Shown: positions 12,001 through 20,008 of the stretch, piece after piece
Layout of the letters: every line of letters starts with the position of its first letter
How positions within the stretch are numbered: the stretch's first letter is position 1
Virus record (IMG/VR): IMGVR_UViG_3300023174_000112
Coordinates: 26,133-90,132 of that record
DNA: 64,000 nt
Source of the DNA: a virus
Strand: one strand, 5' to 3'
Program-made: the position numbers and the translations under genes
Notes under the pieces: generated by a model
The model's database searches: none
The model's input: the letters and a program-made list of their open reading frames with translations, nothing else
What the model was told of the DNA's origin: nothing

Positions 12001-12208
12001 TGGTGAACATGTGGCCACAGTGGCACTAACTGGTCGTGTACCATGTTCAGTAACAGGCACAGTGCGCAAAGGCGACAGCATGGTGTCAGCTGGCAATGGT
12101 GTTGCTAGAGCAGAAGCCAATCCTGCTGTAAGCACAGTGATTGGTAAAGCTCTTGCTGATTTTGACGGCGAGTCAGGCGTGATTGAAATTGTAGTTGGAC
12201 GAGTCTAA
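9014..12208 (+). CDS. Tail fibre with C-terminal peptidase-G2-like chaperone
   Basis: AGGAA SD; shared repeats, DVATKKYVD motif, and the same C-terminal QYADLAE domain as 6690..8774. Confidence 0.8.
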   Translation: MTTVAISALPATNTVDATTVAPVVYNGSTYKATLTTLGAFINTNAATVSASGNITGGNLNAAGLSLSSNVVSALNVTANIAGGNVTTPGLISATGNITGGNILGGANVNATTHTGATVSVTGNITGGNLNAAGLSLSSNVVSALNSTSNITTSANISGSYFLGNGSQLTGIDATSIQNGTSNVRVLSSGGNVSVGIGGTSNVAVFATTGEYVTGEISASGNVTGGNLITSAAISGASVSASGNVTSGNLNAAGLSLSSNVVSALNVTANIAGGNVRGSSLTGNVISVSGNITGANIIGIIAAGSNAITTTGNITGGNLITGAAVSAASVSVSGNITGGNIDVGTGNITGGNISLSGNSIPANLLTGGVVSATGNVTGGNIIGTTAVVVPTVRNTAALTISTSAGNLNLSPTGNIVVNSKYINGVTDPVQDQDVATKKYVDNFATTGIAYHTPVAAATTTTMAAATGGTISYTQPNGAGNGVGALLTTTGAFNLIDTANVQTVGTRILVKNEANAVYNGVYTWANATNIVRATDADEYGPDSIIALSINDYFFTSGGNVNAGSAFVVSEPSGTITFGTSNITFSTFSTSQVYTANTSAGVSLNGTVINAKVDGTTTAFDGGGNIAVKASAVLTTPNIGAATGTSLSVTGNITGGNVNVSRIVNGTSELAIAANANTTIKVGGDVAAVFSGSLLDLSQLPGYRISATGNISGANLNVASGGKVGVGTATPDAAVTIVATPQTVVYPITGNSTAEGTDLHISGSNSTITRITQDAFGTSNYPAFTGRSSRGTAAAPTQSQLNDVLNQFTARGFSNGTLQFGNASSGRLDVVAAEAFTDTSRATKLIVYTTPVGSITPVATALFDSTGAFSVTGNITGGNVITGGALSAASLSLSGASQAASYSAGTGNITGGNIVNGGANGVGNIGNATTYFNTVFAKATSAQYADLAEKYTADAEYASGTVLSFGGAQEVTVTLIDADHRVAGVVSTNPATIMNAGLIGEHVATVALTGRVPCSVTGTVRKGDSMVSAGNGVARAEANPAVSTVIGKALADFDGESGVIEIVVGRV

Positions 12209-12221
12209 CTGCAACACCCAC

Positions 12222-12252
12222 AAAAAAACCCGCTTAGGCGGGTTTTTCTTTT
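12222..12252. terminator. Bidirectional intrinsic terminator
   Basis: aaaaaaacccgc-ttag-gcgggttttt between convergent genes; the NUDIX stop codon lies in the loop. Confidence 0.85.
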
Positions 12253-12653
12253 TCCAACAATGCAATTTTGTCTTGCACAGCTTCTATGTTCATGGTTGAC
12301 CATAATCCTGGGTGCATTGGTCTAGGCCACTGCCCAGGATCAATCCAGGCATAGCCCAGGTGTTCGTAGTTCAACACCGGCACAAATTCGTCAGCTACTA
12401 CACAAACCCAGGTATTGTATTCAAATTGTCCGTCGGCACTTGTGAATTTTTCCAAAGGAACCAGGCGTGTATACTCAGGAAAAAATCCCAGCTCTTCTAT
12501 GCACTCACGTTCCATGGCACCCAGCAAGGTTTCTCCAGTTTCCACCTTGCCTCCGGGCAGTCCCCAAGCACCTGGGTGTCTGTCATCGTTGCGCAACAAA
12601 TAAAGATACCTGCCGGTGGCACTGCTACGAAACCAAACTCCCACTGCTTTCAA
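12234..12653 (-). CDS. NUDIX hydrolase
   Basis: Nudix box GGKVETGETLLGAMERECIEELG; probable TTG start overlapping the upstream TGA. Confidence 0.9.
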   Translation of the reverse strand: MKAVGVWFRSSATGRYLYLLRNDDRHPGAWGLPGGKVETGETLLGAMERECIEELGFFPEYTRLVPLEKFTSADGQFEYNTWVCVVADEFVPVLNYEHLGYAWIDPGQWPRPMHPGLWSTMNIEAVQDKIALLEKEKPA

Positions 12654-14050
12654 AGCACAATGCTCCAAGTTCCGCCATCGTATACCCCTTGATAGCTTTT
12701 GATCCACTGTGTTCCGGTCCACTCGTATTGTGTGCCAGTGTGTATGTTGGTAACATAATTTGCAGTGGACTGATCACTGGACACAAACACCACACGCCAA
12801 CGTGCGCCATCAAATTCAATGATGTCATTGGCCGATGCTACCAGTGGTTGTCCACCAGTACCAGCCCAGGCCGTGGGATTGGCTGGATTGGCATGATCGC
12901 CAGTGCCCTCAGTCAACAAATATCGTTGTCCCAACAGCGCACTGTCTAAGCCGTCACCAGGTCCACTCAACAGCGGATTGATAATGGCATCAATTGGTGC
13001 CAAGGTATTTTGTGGTGCAGTATCTGGGTCCACGTCAAAAATCACCAGTCGGTCATCATTGGGGTTGATTACAATGGTGCCCACAATCACTGATCCGTCG
13101 GCTTGGTCTAAACGTATTTGACTGATGCCTGGACGATACACGCCATAAGCACTGATCAACGCAGGCCACAACAAATTGCTGCCAGCCACAATTTGCGTGG
13201 GTACCAGGGTGTCTAAACTGCCGTCGGGCACTATGGTGGGTGCGTACAAACACTGTATTTGATTTTCAATCACAACCAGTTTGTAGTTCCATGGAGTAAC
13301 TAATAGTCGTGTGCCCAGCAACAAATCATTGTTGGTAATGGCATCATTCAAATCGCCTTGAGCATCGTACATTGACGCAACAACACGTTCCACCACACCC
13401 AATTTCTTGACCTTGGCCGGTGGAGATAACCAAATTGGCATGCTAAATGTCAAAGTAGCAATATCAATGGGATTTTCTGTGCCAATGGGCACAGTACGAC
13501 TTGACCATACTGTTCTGTCCAGGTACATCACACTCAAACTGGTCCAGTCAATGTAGTTGTCTGTGCTTTGAATTTCCAAACTGGGATTGAACAGCGTCAA
13601 AATCTGTTCCAGTAACTGCAATTTCTGATTGGTGTTTGACGTCCATATGTCCACATTGACAGTGAGTTTGAATGGCACAGGCATGAGTCGTTCAACTGTG
13701 AATGCATTGCCTTGTGTGGTTTCGTAACTTTCAGTCACACTGTCATAAGTGCGTTGTCGTACATTGATCTTGCTCACAAAGTATGGATCTTGTGTGCGAC
13801 TTTGTTCGTAGTCCAGGCCGGTGATGTAAAAAGTTATCAACGGAGTTGATGGCAAACTGTTGCGACTGTTTTCTTGTATGATGGTTTGTGCGTTGCGAGT
13901 AGCGTCACCATAGCGCACAGGCACACGGATCAGCGCGGCATTGTTTACCCCGTCATTTTCGTTGCCGTATTCAATTTGAAAACCTGAAAACACTCTTGTG
14001 ATTTGCAACAAGAATCGGCGTATTTGGGCATCATAAAAAAATTGTTGCAT
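12650..14050 (-). CDS. gp15: Tail sheath stabiliser/completion protein, T4 gp15-like, with C-terminal extension
   Basis: FFYDAQIRRFLLQITRVFS..RVPVRYG..PVPFKL..KLQLLEQILTLFNP pattern; next to the gp14-like gene. Confidence 0.7.
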   Translation of the reverse strand: MQQFFYDAQIRRFLLQITRVFSGFQIEYGNENDGVNNAALIRVPVRYGDATRNAQTIIQENSRNSLPSTPLITFYITGLDYEQSRTQDPYFVSKINVRQRTYDSVTESYETTQGNAFTVERLMPVPFKLTVNVDIWTSNTNQKLQLLEQILTLFNPSLEIQSTDNYIDWTSLSVMYLDRTVWSSRTVPIGTENPIDIATLTFSMPIWLSPPAKVKKLGVVERVVASMYDAQGDLNDAITNNDLLLGTRLLVTPWNYKLVVIENQIQCLYAPTIVPDGSLDTLVPTQIVAGSNLLWPALISAYGVYRPGISQIRLDQADGSVIVGTIVINPNDDRLVIFDVDPDTAPQNTLAPIDAIINPLLSGPGDGLDSALLGQRYLLTEGTGDHANPANPTAWAGTGGQPLVASANDIIEFDGARWRVVFVSSDQSTANYVTNIHTGTQYEWTGTQWIKSYQGVYDGGTWSIVL

Positions 14051-14053
14051 AAG

Positions 14054-15427
14054 TTAACTTGACTTTTGTCCTGGTTGTGTTAGCGGGAAAGGCTTGGGTG
14101 ATTTACCACCATCTTGATTGCCGTTGTCAGCCTTGGGTCGCAGTATTTCGCTGAGACTCTGGCGACTGGGAATGTTGCCTTGATCAGTTGTGTTCACAGT
14201 GTATGTATTGTTTACAAAGGTACTGCGTAAAGTATTGTTGGTAGGCCCATTGTTGAGATTGGTACGCACATTGTCCTCAATTTTGATCCATCTTGTGCCA
14301 TCGTAACGGAACAGTCTATTTGGCATGTAATCCAATCGCAAAGCATAATCTCCAGCCACAGGGTTCAGTGGGAAACTCACACCTGGAGTGACTGGCAAGC
14401 CATTTGGTGCCTGACCATCCCCAGTGAGATAGCCCATGGTATAGCCTTCTCCACGCGGTGTCACATTCATGCCACCTTGTGTTCCGTCCACAGTGTCGCC
14501 AGACTGGTTGGTCAATGACACAGGATTGGCTGGCTGTCCATCCAGTAGTGTGGGCACAATGTAGAACTTGGTAACATCATAACCTGACAGCGGAACGTCA
14601 GCATCTGCTTGAATCAGGATGGCATCATTGATTTGTGTGTCTTTATCGCGAGTGCCCTGGATGTCACTGATTGTGGCAGGAGTGTATGGCTTCCAAAATT
14701 CTGTGTTGTTGATATCTGTGTCAGCAGGAGTATTTTTCTGTGCTTGATAGTAGGTATCGCCATAGTTCACAATAGTGCCAGCAGGATAAAAATTGCCCGG
14801 ATCCCAGATGTTTTCTTGTACAAATGGCTTGTTGGTAATTTGTGCAAACTCTTGTTGATCTTTCATTGGTGTGCATTTTACACGCCACAAGTGAGGCAAC
14901 CAAGTTACTGAAAATCCTTCACTTGCAAAGTCAGCATCTTGTATCACATAGTATCTAGGCAATGCTCTGGGGATGTCCTGATTCAGCGGATGATAGTCTT
15001 TCAAATTGGGAATCTCTATCACATCACCGTTCATGAGCTTGCGACCAAATGTGTCAATCATGGTGTTGTAGTGAAACGTCATGAATATGGTGTCGTTGTT
15101 CAAGAACAAGCCAAATTGTGTCAAGTCAAAGTCCACATCTTGTGTGTTGTACACACCGCGCATGACATACACATCTGGATCATAGATCCTGTCACGGTTT
15201 TCTAGCAACAGCAAGTCTTGAATGTTCAGCACATCTACATCTGCGTAGGTAGGTTGTGTGGCATCAAAGTTTCCTGAGAATGCAGAATCCTCGCCTCCAG
15301 CTTGTGGTCCCATGTAGCGATGGATGTAAATATCAAGGCCACCAACAGTGTACATTTCACGTATGGTGCGGTCCAGGAATTGGTAATCTCTGGTGCGATT
15401 TGGGCGGTATAGGGATAAGCGTGGCAT
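14054..15427 (-). CDS. gp14: Neck/head-closure protein, T4 gp14-like
   Basis: MPRLSLYR..REMYTVGGLDIY..LTQFGLFL..GDVIEIP; perfect TATAAATA 4 nt before the ATG. Confidence 0.65.
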   Translation of the reverse strand: MPRLSLYRPNRTRDYQFLDRTIREMYTVGGLDIYIHRYMGPQAGGEDSAFSGNFDATQPTYADVDVLNIQDLLLLENRDRIYDPDVYVMRGVYNTQDVDFDLTQFGLFLNNDTIFMTFHYNTMIDTFGRKLMNGDVIEIPNLKDYHPLNQDIPRALPRYYVIQDADFASEGFSVTWLPHLWRVKCTPMKDQQEFAQITNKPFVQENIWDPGNFYPAGTIVNYGDTYYQAQKNTPADTDINNTEFWKPYTPATISDIQGTRDKDTQINDAILIQADADVPLSGYDVTKFYIVPTLLDGQPANPVSLTNQSGDTVDGTQGGMNVTPRGEGYTMGYLTGDGQAPNGLPVTPGVSFPLNPVAGDYALRLDYMPNRLFRYDGTRWIKIEDNVRTNLNNGPTNNTLRSTFVNNTYTVNTTDQGNIPSRQSLSEILRPKADNGNQDGGKSPKPFPLTQPGQKSS

Positions 15428-15465
15428 TCTATATTTATAGTACTTTGGGTTTACCGTCAAGCGGG

Positions 15466-15520
15466 TTGACCAATAATTCCCAAAATGCTATAATACGGAC
15501 TTAACAACAAAGGAGCCAAC
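15466..15520 (+). promoter_or_regulatory. Early sigma70 promoter repeat 1 plus GGAGCCAAC RBS
   Basis: TTGACC-aataattcccaaaatgc(17 nt)-TATAAT; aaGGAGCCAACaATG. Confidence 0.85.
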
Positions 15521-15521
15521 A

Positions 15522-15791
15522 ATGAGTGATTTAGTTACCGATTTGCACAGCGAGATGATCAACAGTGTAGCACCAAATTACAGTATCAATTATGAAGCAG
15601 AGGCTCTTGCTAGTTTTGAAGACTCAGGTTATGACTTGATGGAAGCACTTGAGACTCGTGCTACAGACTTTATTGCAGAGACAACTGGGGCAGATGTGCG
15701 CGAGGACTTGGGTGGGCTCACAGTATTTTTCCGTGGTAATACTTTGGTTGCATTTTACGATTACGAGCGATTTAAAGGGCATGTGTTCTAA
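15522..15791 (+). CDS. Hypothetical early protein
   Basis: 89-aa ORF with its own promoter and SD. Confidence 0.8.
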   Translation: MSDLVTDLHSEMINSVAPNYSINYEAEALASFEDSGYDLMEALETRATDFIAETTGADVREDLGGLTVFFRGNTLVAFYDYERFKGHVF

Positions 15792-15798
15792 TACCCTG

Positions 15799-15815
15799 AG
15801 CCCGAAAGGGCTTTG
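15799..15815 (+). terminator. GAAA-tetraloop hairpin, possible terminator
   Basis: agccc-gaaa-gggct followed by tt. Confidence 0.5.
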
Positions 15816-15817
15816 GG

Positions 15818-15867
15818 TTGACCAATAATTGCCATTCTGCTATAATTACATATAATTTAAGGAGCCC
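15818..15867 (+). promoter_or_regulatory. Early sigma70 promoter repeat 2 plus GGAGCC RBS
   Basis: TTGACC-aataattgccattctgc(17 nt)-TATAAT; aaGGAGCCctgATG. Confidence 0.85.
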
Positions 15868-15869
15868 TG

Positions 15870-17003
15870 ATGAACGCAACACGAGCCGCTGTCAAGCCAT
15901 TGAACCCTCGCAGTCCTGATACCAAGTACACAGGGCTGGAGCCCACATGGCGTGTGCAACCCACAGATGACCGCACCAGTCAAATGAGTTCGGCATTTTC
16001 GTGGTACAATTACTTCTACGGCAAAAAAGATGCACGTGAAATGCTGGTAGCATATTTAGAAAGCCATGGACGCCGAGCAGATGTTCGTGCATTAAAAGGA
16101 GTGCCAGATCACGCTATACGACTGACCACTGCATGGTTGTGCCGTATGAGCATGGTGGGATTGGAACTAACAGACACTGAGACAGTGCGATTGGAAGGCT
16201 ACATTCAGGAAATACTAAAATCACGTGAACCCGAAGTGGTACAACAAGAAGTGGTAGCAGTGGCCAAACCCAACATTCAAGACCGGTTGCGAGAAAAGGT
16301 ATCGGAATGTGCCGGAGAGCTGGATGGCATGTTTGATGAGTTTGTTGTTGCTGGCGCTAAAATGTCAGCAGACTACAAACCAATCACAGTTATCCGTGGA
16401 CTGAATGTAGCACCGCAGATGATTTCGGACATTGCAAATATTTGGAAAGCCAAATTGTCAGAGTTTGAAACTGTGATTGAGGGCAAAGATGCACAGTTGG
16501 TAGAAGGCTACAGTCACCTCAGCAAAATCCAAATGCGTAATCTTGTGAAGTTCTGTGAAGCAGTGATCAATGACTGCGGCGCTTATGTGCAGATCAAGAA
16601 AGTTGAACGCAAGCCACGCAAGGTCAAGGCAGTGCCACCTGAGAAACGTGCCGCAAAATTCAAAGTGCTCATGGACTTTGCTGAGCTCAAACTCAAAGGC
16701 CTGCCAGCCGCAAGTCTTGTGGACAAAGCCGAAGCATGGTTGTACGATACCAAGAAGCGCAAGTTGATACATCTTGTTGCTGACAGCCACACACAGGCAT
16801 TCACTGTGAAAAGCAACAGCATCATTGGTTTCAGCACCATAGAGACCATGCAGAAAACTGTGCGCAAACCAGCAGATGTTGTCAAGGCTGTGCAAGCCGC
16901 AGGCAAGCCAGCGGCACGTAAGATCTACAAAGACCTTACCACAACAGAAACCCCGTTCAATGGACGCGGCACAGAGAATTTGATGGTGCTCAAAGCCTGG
17001 TAA
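15870..17003 (+). CDS. Hypothetical early protein (basic C-terminal domain)
   Basis: 377-aa ORF with promoter and SD; phage-typical codon usage. Confidence 0.8.
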   Translation: MNATRAAVKPLNPRSPDTKYTGLEPTWRVQPTDDRTSQMSSAFSWYNYFYGKKDAREMLVAYLESHGRRADVRALKGVPDHAIRLTTAWLCRMSMVGLELTDTETVRLEGYIQEILKSREPEVVQQEVVAVAKPNIQDRLREKVSECAGELDGMFDEFVVAGAKMSADYKPITVIRGLNVAPQMISDIANIWKAKLSEFETVIEGKDAQLVEGYSHLSKIQMRNLVKFCEAVINDCGAYVQIKKVERKPRKVKAVPPEKRAAKFKVLMDFAELKLKGLPAASLVDKAEAWLYDTKKRKLIHLVADSHTQAFTVKSNSIIGFSTIETMQKTVRKPADVVKAVQAAGKPAARKIYKDLTTTETPFNGRGTENLMVLKAW

Positions 17004-17010
17004 GTAGTAC

Positions 17011-17955
17011 ATGCTCGAAAACACTAGATATTTGCTGGACAAGGTCGAATTTTACATCACGAATGTTTGCAACTTAAATTGTGATCAGTGCAACCGATTC
17101 AATGATTATAAATTTACCGGATGGCAACGTTGGAGTGACTATGAGGCCATTCATCAACGTTGGGCTAAATTGATTGACATCAAGCACCTGGTTATCCTTG
17201 GTGGCGAGCCGTTGCTCAATCCTTCTATAAATGAATGGATAACAGGATTAGGCAACATATGGAAAAGGCCGATACAGATCTTAACCAACGGAACACGATT
17301 AAATCAAACACCGGGACTTTATGAAACATTGCTGTCCTGGGATCCAGACCCCACACACCTAAAGCATTGGATTGGTATCAGTGTTCACAATATGGCAGAC
17401 ATGGATTTTTATGTACAAGAAGCCAAAAAATTTCTTCACGGAGATATACAAACTTCAACAGATAAAGCAACCATATATGGAGCTGATTTGGCACTAGTGG
17501 ACGAGAACGGCGTTCGAGTACATTTTTGGATACAAGACAATTTTTACAATGCCGCAGTTACCAACAATAACAACGGCGAGTTAACATTGTTCAACAACGA
17601 TCCAGAACTGGCACACCGACACTGTGGATTTGTACAATGGAAAAACTATCATTTTATACGTGGTACTTTGAACAAGTGCGGTCCTGCCCCATTGTTTCCT
17701 GAGTTTGATCAACAACATCCACTGGCCATCAGCTCAGCTGATCGTGAACTGATCAATGCATATCGGCCCTACATCATAGATCAAGTGGAACAGCAAGGCA
17801 CTGATATTCTAAAGACAATTGACGACATGCTGCCTCAATGCAAATTTTGCCCAGTGCCTGCAGATATGAAATATCGACAAATTCATGCTACACTGAAAAA
17901 TAAAACAATTCCTATATCGCAAATCAAAGCAAAAGAACTGCAGGAATTGCAATAA
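17011..17955 (+). CDS. Radical SAM protein
   Basis: CNLNCDQC, GGEPLL and TNG motifs plus C-terminal Cys (CGF, KCGP, CKFC); TAAGTA 4 nt upstream. Confidence 0.9.
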   Translation: MLENTRYLLDKVEFYITNVCNLNCDQCNRFNDYKFTGWQRWSDYEAIHQRWAKLIDIKHLVILGGEPLLNPSINEWITGLGNIWKRPIQILTNGTRLNQTPGLYETLLSWDPDPTHLKHWIGISVHNMADMDFYVQEAKKFLHGDIQTSTDKATIYGADLALVDENGVRVHFWIQDNFYNAAVTNNNNGELTLFNNDPELAHRHCGFVQWKNYHFIRGTLNKCGPAPLFPEFDQQHPLAISSADRELINAYRPYIIDQVEQQGTDILKTIDDMLPQCKFCPVPADMKYRQIHATLKNKTIPISQIKAKELQELQ

Positions 17956-17975
17956 ATACAGGGACTTGGAGTCCC
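17953..17975 (+). promoter_or_regulatory. Late promoter plus SD-sequestering hairpin
   Basis: TAAATA-ca-gggact-tgg-agtccc-ac-ATG; GGAG lies inside the hairpin. Confidence 0.6.
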
Positions 17976-17977
17976 AC

Positions 17978-18748
17978 ATGCCAGAACAGCAACAACAATC
18001 ACTGCCCACACTGAAGCAGAACTTAATCGAATATGTCAAGCTACAGTTGGGCGGCGACATAATTGATTTAGAATTAGACCCCTCACACTACGAAGCGGCT
18101 TATCAAAAAACCATTGGCACTTACCGCCAACGAGCCAACAATGCCTATGAAGAAAGCTACAGTTTCATGCAGTTGGTCCAGGACGTTAACATTTATGAAC
18201 TGCCACAAGAAGTCATAAGTGTGCGACAAATCTTTCGCAGAACATTTGGCGACAGTTCAGGTCCGTTTGCATCAAACTTTGATCCGTTTGCACAAGCTTC
18301 GGTCAACGTTTATCTAATGAACTTCAACGTGGCAGGTGGCTTGGCCACTTACGATTTCTACAGTCAATACATTGAACTGGCTGGTCGTATGTTTGGCGCA
18401 TTCATGGCCTACACATACAATCCCGTGACAAAGAAACTGCAACTGATCCGTGACCCCAAAGGCTCAGGCGAAACTGTGTTGCTGTGGAGTTATAACTTGA
18501 AGCCTGAATTTAACTTGTTGAGCGATTATCAAATTAGTCAATGGATCCGTGATTACATGGTGGCCAACTGCAAAATGATCATTGGCGAAGCACGTGAGAA
18601 ATTTGGCACCATTGCTGGACCGCAGGGCGGCGGAACCTTAAATGGCGCTGCCATGAAGACTGAAGCACAGACTCAAATGGACGCTCTCATTGAACAACTC
18701 AAAATGTACGTGGACGGTTCACAGCCACTCACCTGGGTCATTGGATAA
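17978..18748 (+). CDS. gp13: Neck protein, T4 gp13-like
   Basis: YVKLQLGGDIIDLELD..WIRDY..IGEAREKF..GPQGGGTLNG pattern. Confidence 0.8.
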   Translation: MPEQQQQSLPTLKQNLIEYVKLQLGGDIIDLELDPSHYEAAYQKTIGTYRQRANNAYEESYSFMQLVQDVNIYELPQEVISVRQIFRRTFGDSSGPFASNFDPFAQASVNVYLMNFNVAGGLATYDFYSQYIELAGRMFGAFMAYTYNPVTKKLQLIRDPKGSGETVLLWSYNLKPEFNLLSDYQISQWIRDYMVANCKMIIGEAREKFGTIAGPQGGGTLNGAAMKTEAQTQMDALIEQLKMYVDGSQPLTWVIG

Positions 18749-18752
18749 GGAA

Positions 18753-19454
18753 TTGACAATAATAAAAGATGTATTGATTGTAGGGTGCAGTTTTGTTCAT
18801 GCCTTGCAGAATATTAATTACTCAAGAATTGATCGATACGGATCTTGTGCGGCATCAAATACCAGCATTGCGTCAAGAGTAATGTATCAACTTGCCCAGC
18901 AAGAATATAAAAAAGTAGTTGTAATATGGTCCGGAATTAATCGACTCAGTGTCCCGGTAGATGTTGAGTTACACAAGTTATACCAACTTGATAGGGATCC
19001 TTACACGTTTTATGACAATCAAGATCCAATGGTATGGTATCACAGCGGTGGAATACTAGCCGCTGAGGTTCACTCAAATATTCCAAAGTTTATTAAAAAC
19101 TATTTTAAAGCTCAATATAAAACAGTTTCTCCTCGTTACTTAACAGATCAAACATTACAAAACATTATTGGAGTTCAGTCGTTGTTGGAAAATAAAAAAA
19201 TCAAGTACGAGATGAACTTTATATACGATATACACAAAGATTATTCAACATTTAGATGGGGATACTCATTGGGAAAAATTGATACCAGTTCTCCATTGTA
19301 TACCGCAGTGAACTGGGATAAGATTACTCAACACACCAGCCTATATGAATGGGCAAAATTACACGGTCATCTGGCAGATGATCAGTGGCATATTACGTCA
19401 AACGGAATGATCAAATGGTTTGAGTCTGATTTGGGAATAGACTTACTCTCTTAG
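18753..19454 (+). CDS. Hypothetical protein, SGNH/GDSL-like fold (start uncertain)
   Basis: VGCSF motif near the N-terminus, WSG..R, and C-terminal DxxH; AT-rich. Confidence 0.6.
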   Translation: MTIIKDVLIVGCSFVHALQNINYSRIDRYGSCAASNTSIASRVMYQLAQQEYKKVVVIWSGINRLSVPVDVELHKLYQLDRDPYTFYDNQDPMVWYHSGGILAAEVHSNIPKFIKNYFKAQYKTVSPRYLTDQTLQNIIGVQSLLENKKIKYEMNFIYDIHKDYSTFRWGYSLGKIDTSSPLYTAVNWDKITQHTSLYEWAKLHGHLADDQWHITSNGMIKWFESDLGIDLLS

Positions 19455-19455
19455 A

Positions 19456-19484
19456 TAGACACGTATCTAATATCCTGCTATAAT
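19456..19484 (+). promoter_or_regulatory. Sigma70-type promoter, 5 nt before ATG
   Basis: TAGACA-17 nt-TATAAT-caatc-ATG. Confidence 0.7.
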
Positions 19485-19489
19485 CAATC

Positions 19490-20008
19490 ATGGACTTGAT
19501 GATTGACATTGAAGGTTTGGCCACAGGCCCTGAAGCAACAATCTTAACCATTGCGGCCCAGGCGTTTGATCCTCTTGGCGCTGGCTACTACAAACAGCAG
19601 TATTATGCCAGGGTTGATCTTGAAAGCCAAGAAACACGTACCATTGAACAAGGCACTATTAATTGGTGGGCCACTCAAGGCGCCGCACAAGACGAAGCCT
19701 TTGCAGAAGATGGTCGTATACCCTTGGACCAAGCACTAGATGAATTGCACAAGTTGTGTTGGAAATGCAATCGTATCTGGATGAACGGACCCACCTACGA
19801 CGCCAACATACTTGAGCATGCTTACAAGAGTTATGGTAAGCCTTTACCTTGGCAATATTATAAGATACGTGATGCACGAACAGTGTACAGTTTATATCCA
19901 GGGTTGCCCAAACCTGCGACCAGCCACCATGCGCTGGAAGACTGCCGCAGACAAATCGACATGCTGCAAGCCACTCTTAAACATTTAAACGTTACTGAAT
20001 TGGCCTAA
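19490..20008 (+). CDS. DEDDh 3'-5' exonuclease (Rv2179c-like)
   Basis: LMIDIE, NGPTYD, RDART and HHALEDC motifs. Confidence 0.85.
   Translation: MDLMIDIEGLATGPEATILTIAAQAFDPLGAGYYKQQYYARVDLESQETRTIEQGTINWWATQGAAQDEAFAEDGRIPLDQALDELHKLCWKCNRIWMNGPTYDANILEHAYKSYGKPLPWQYYKIRDARTVYSLYPGLPKPATSHHALEDCRRQIDMLQATLKHLNVTELA

Noticed and set aside
770-12135. Long minus-strand ORFs (MLPPVTLPVAL... repeats) over the fibre genes
   Set aside because: They are shadow ORFs from the biased Gly/Asn/Thr/Val codons of the plus-strand repeats, with no independent start signals.
6690-12208. Diversity-generating retroelement acting on fibre C-termini
   Set aside because: No reverse transcriptase and no non-coding template repeat with adenine-specific differences; both similar regions are coding paralogues.
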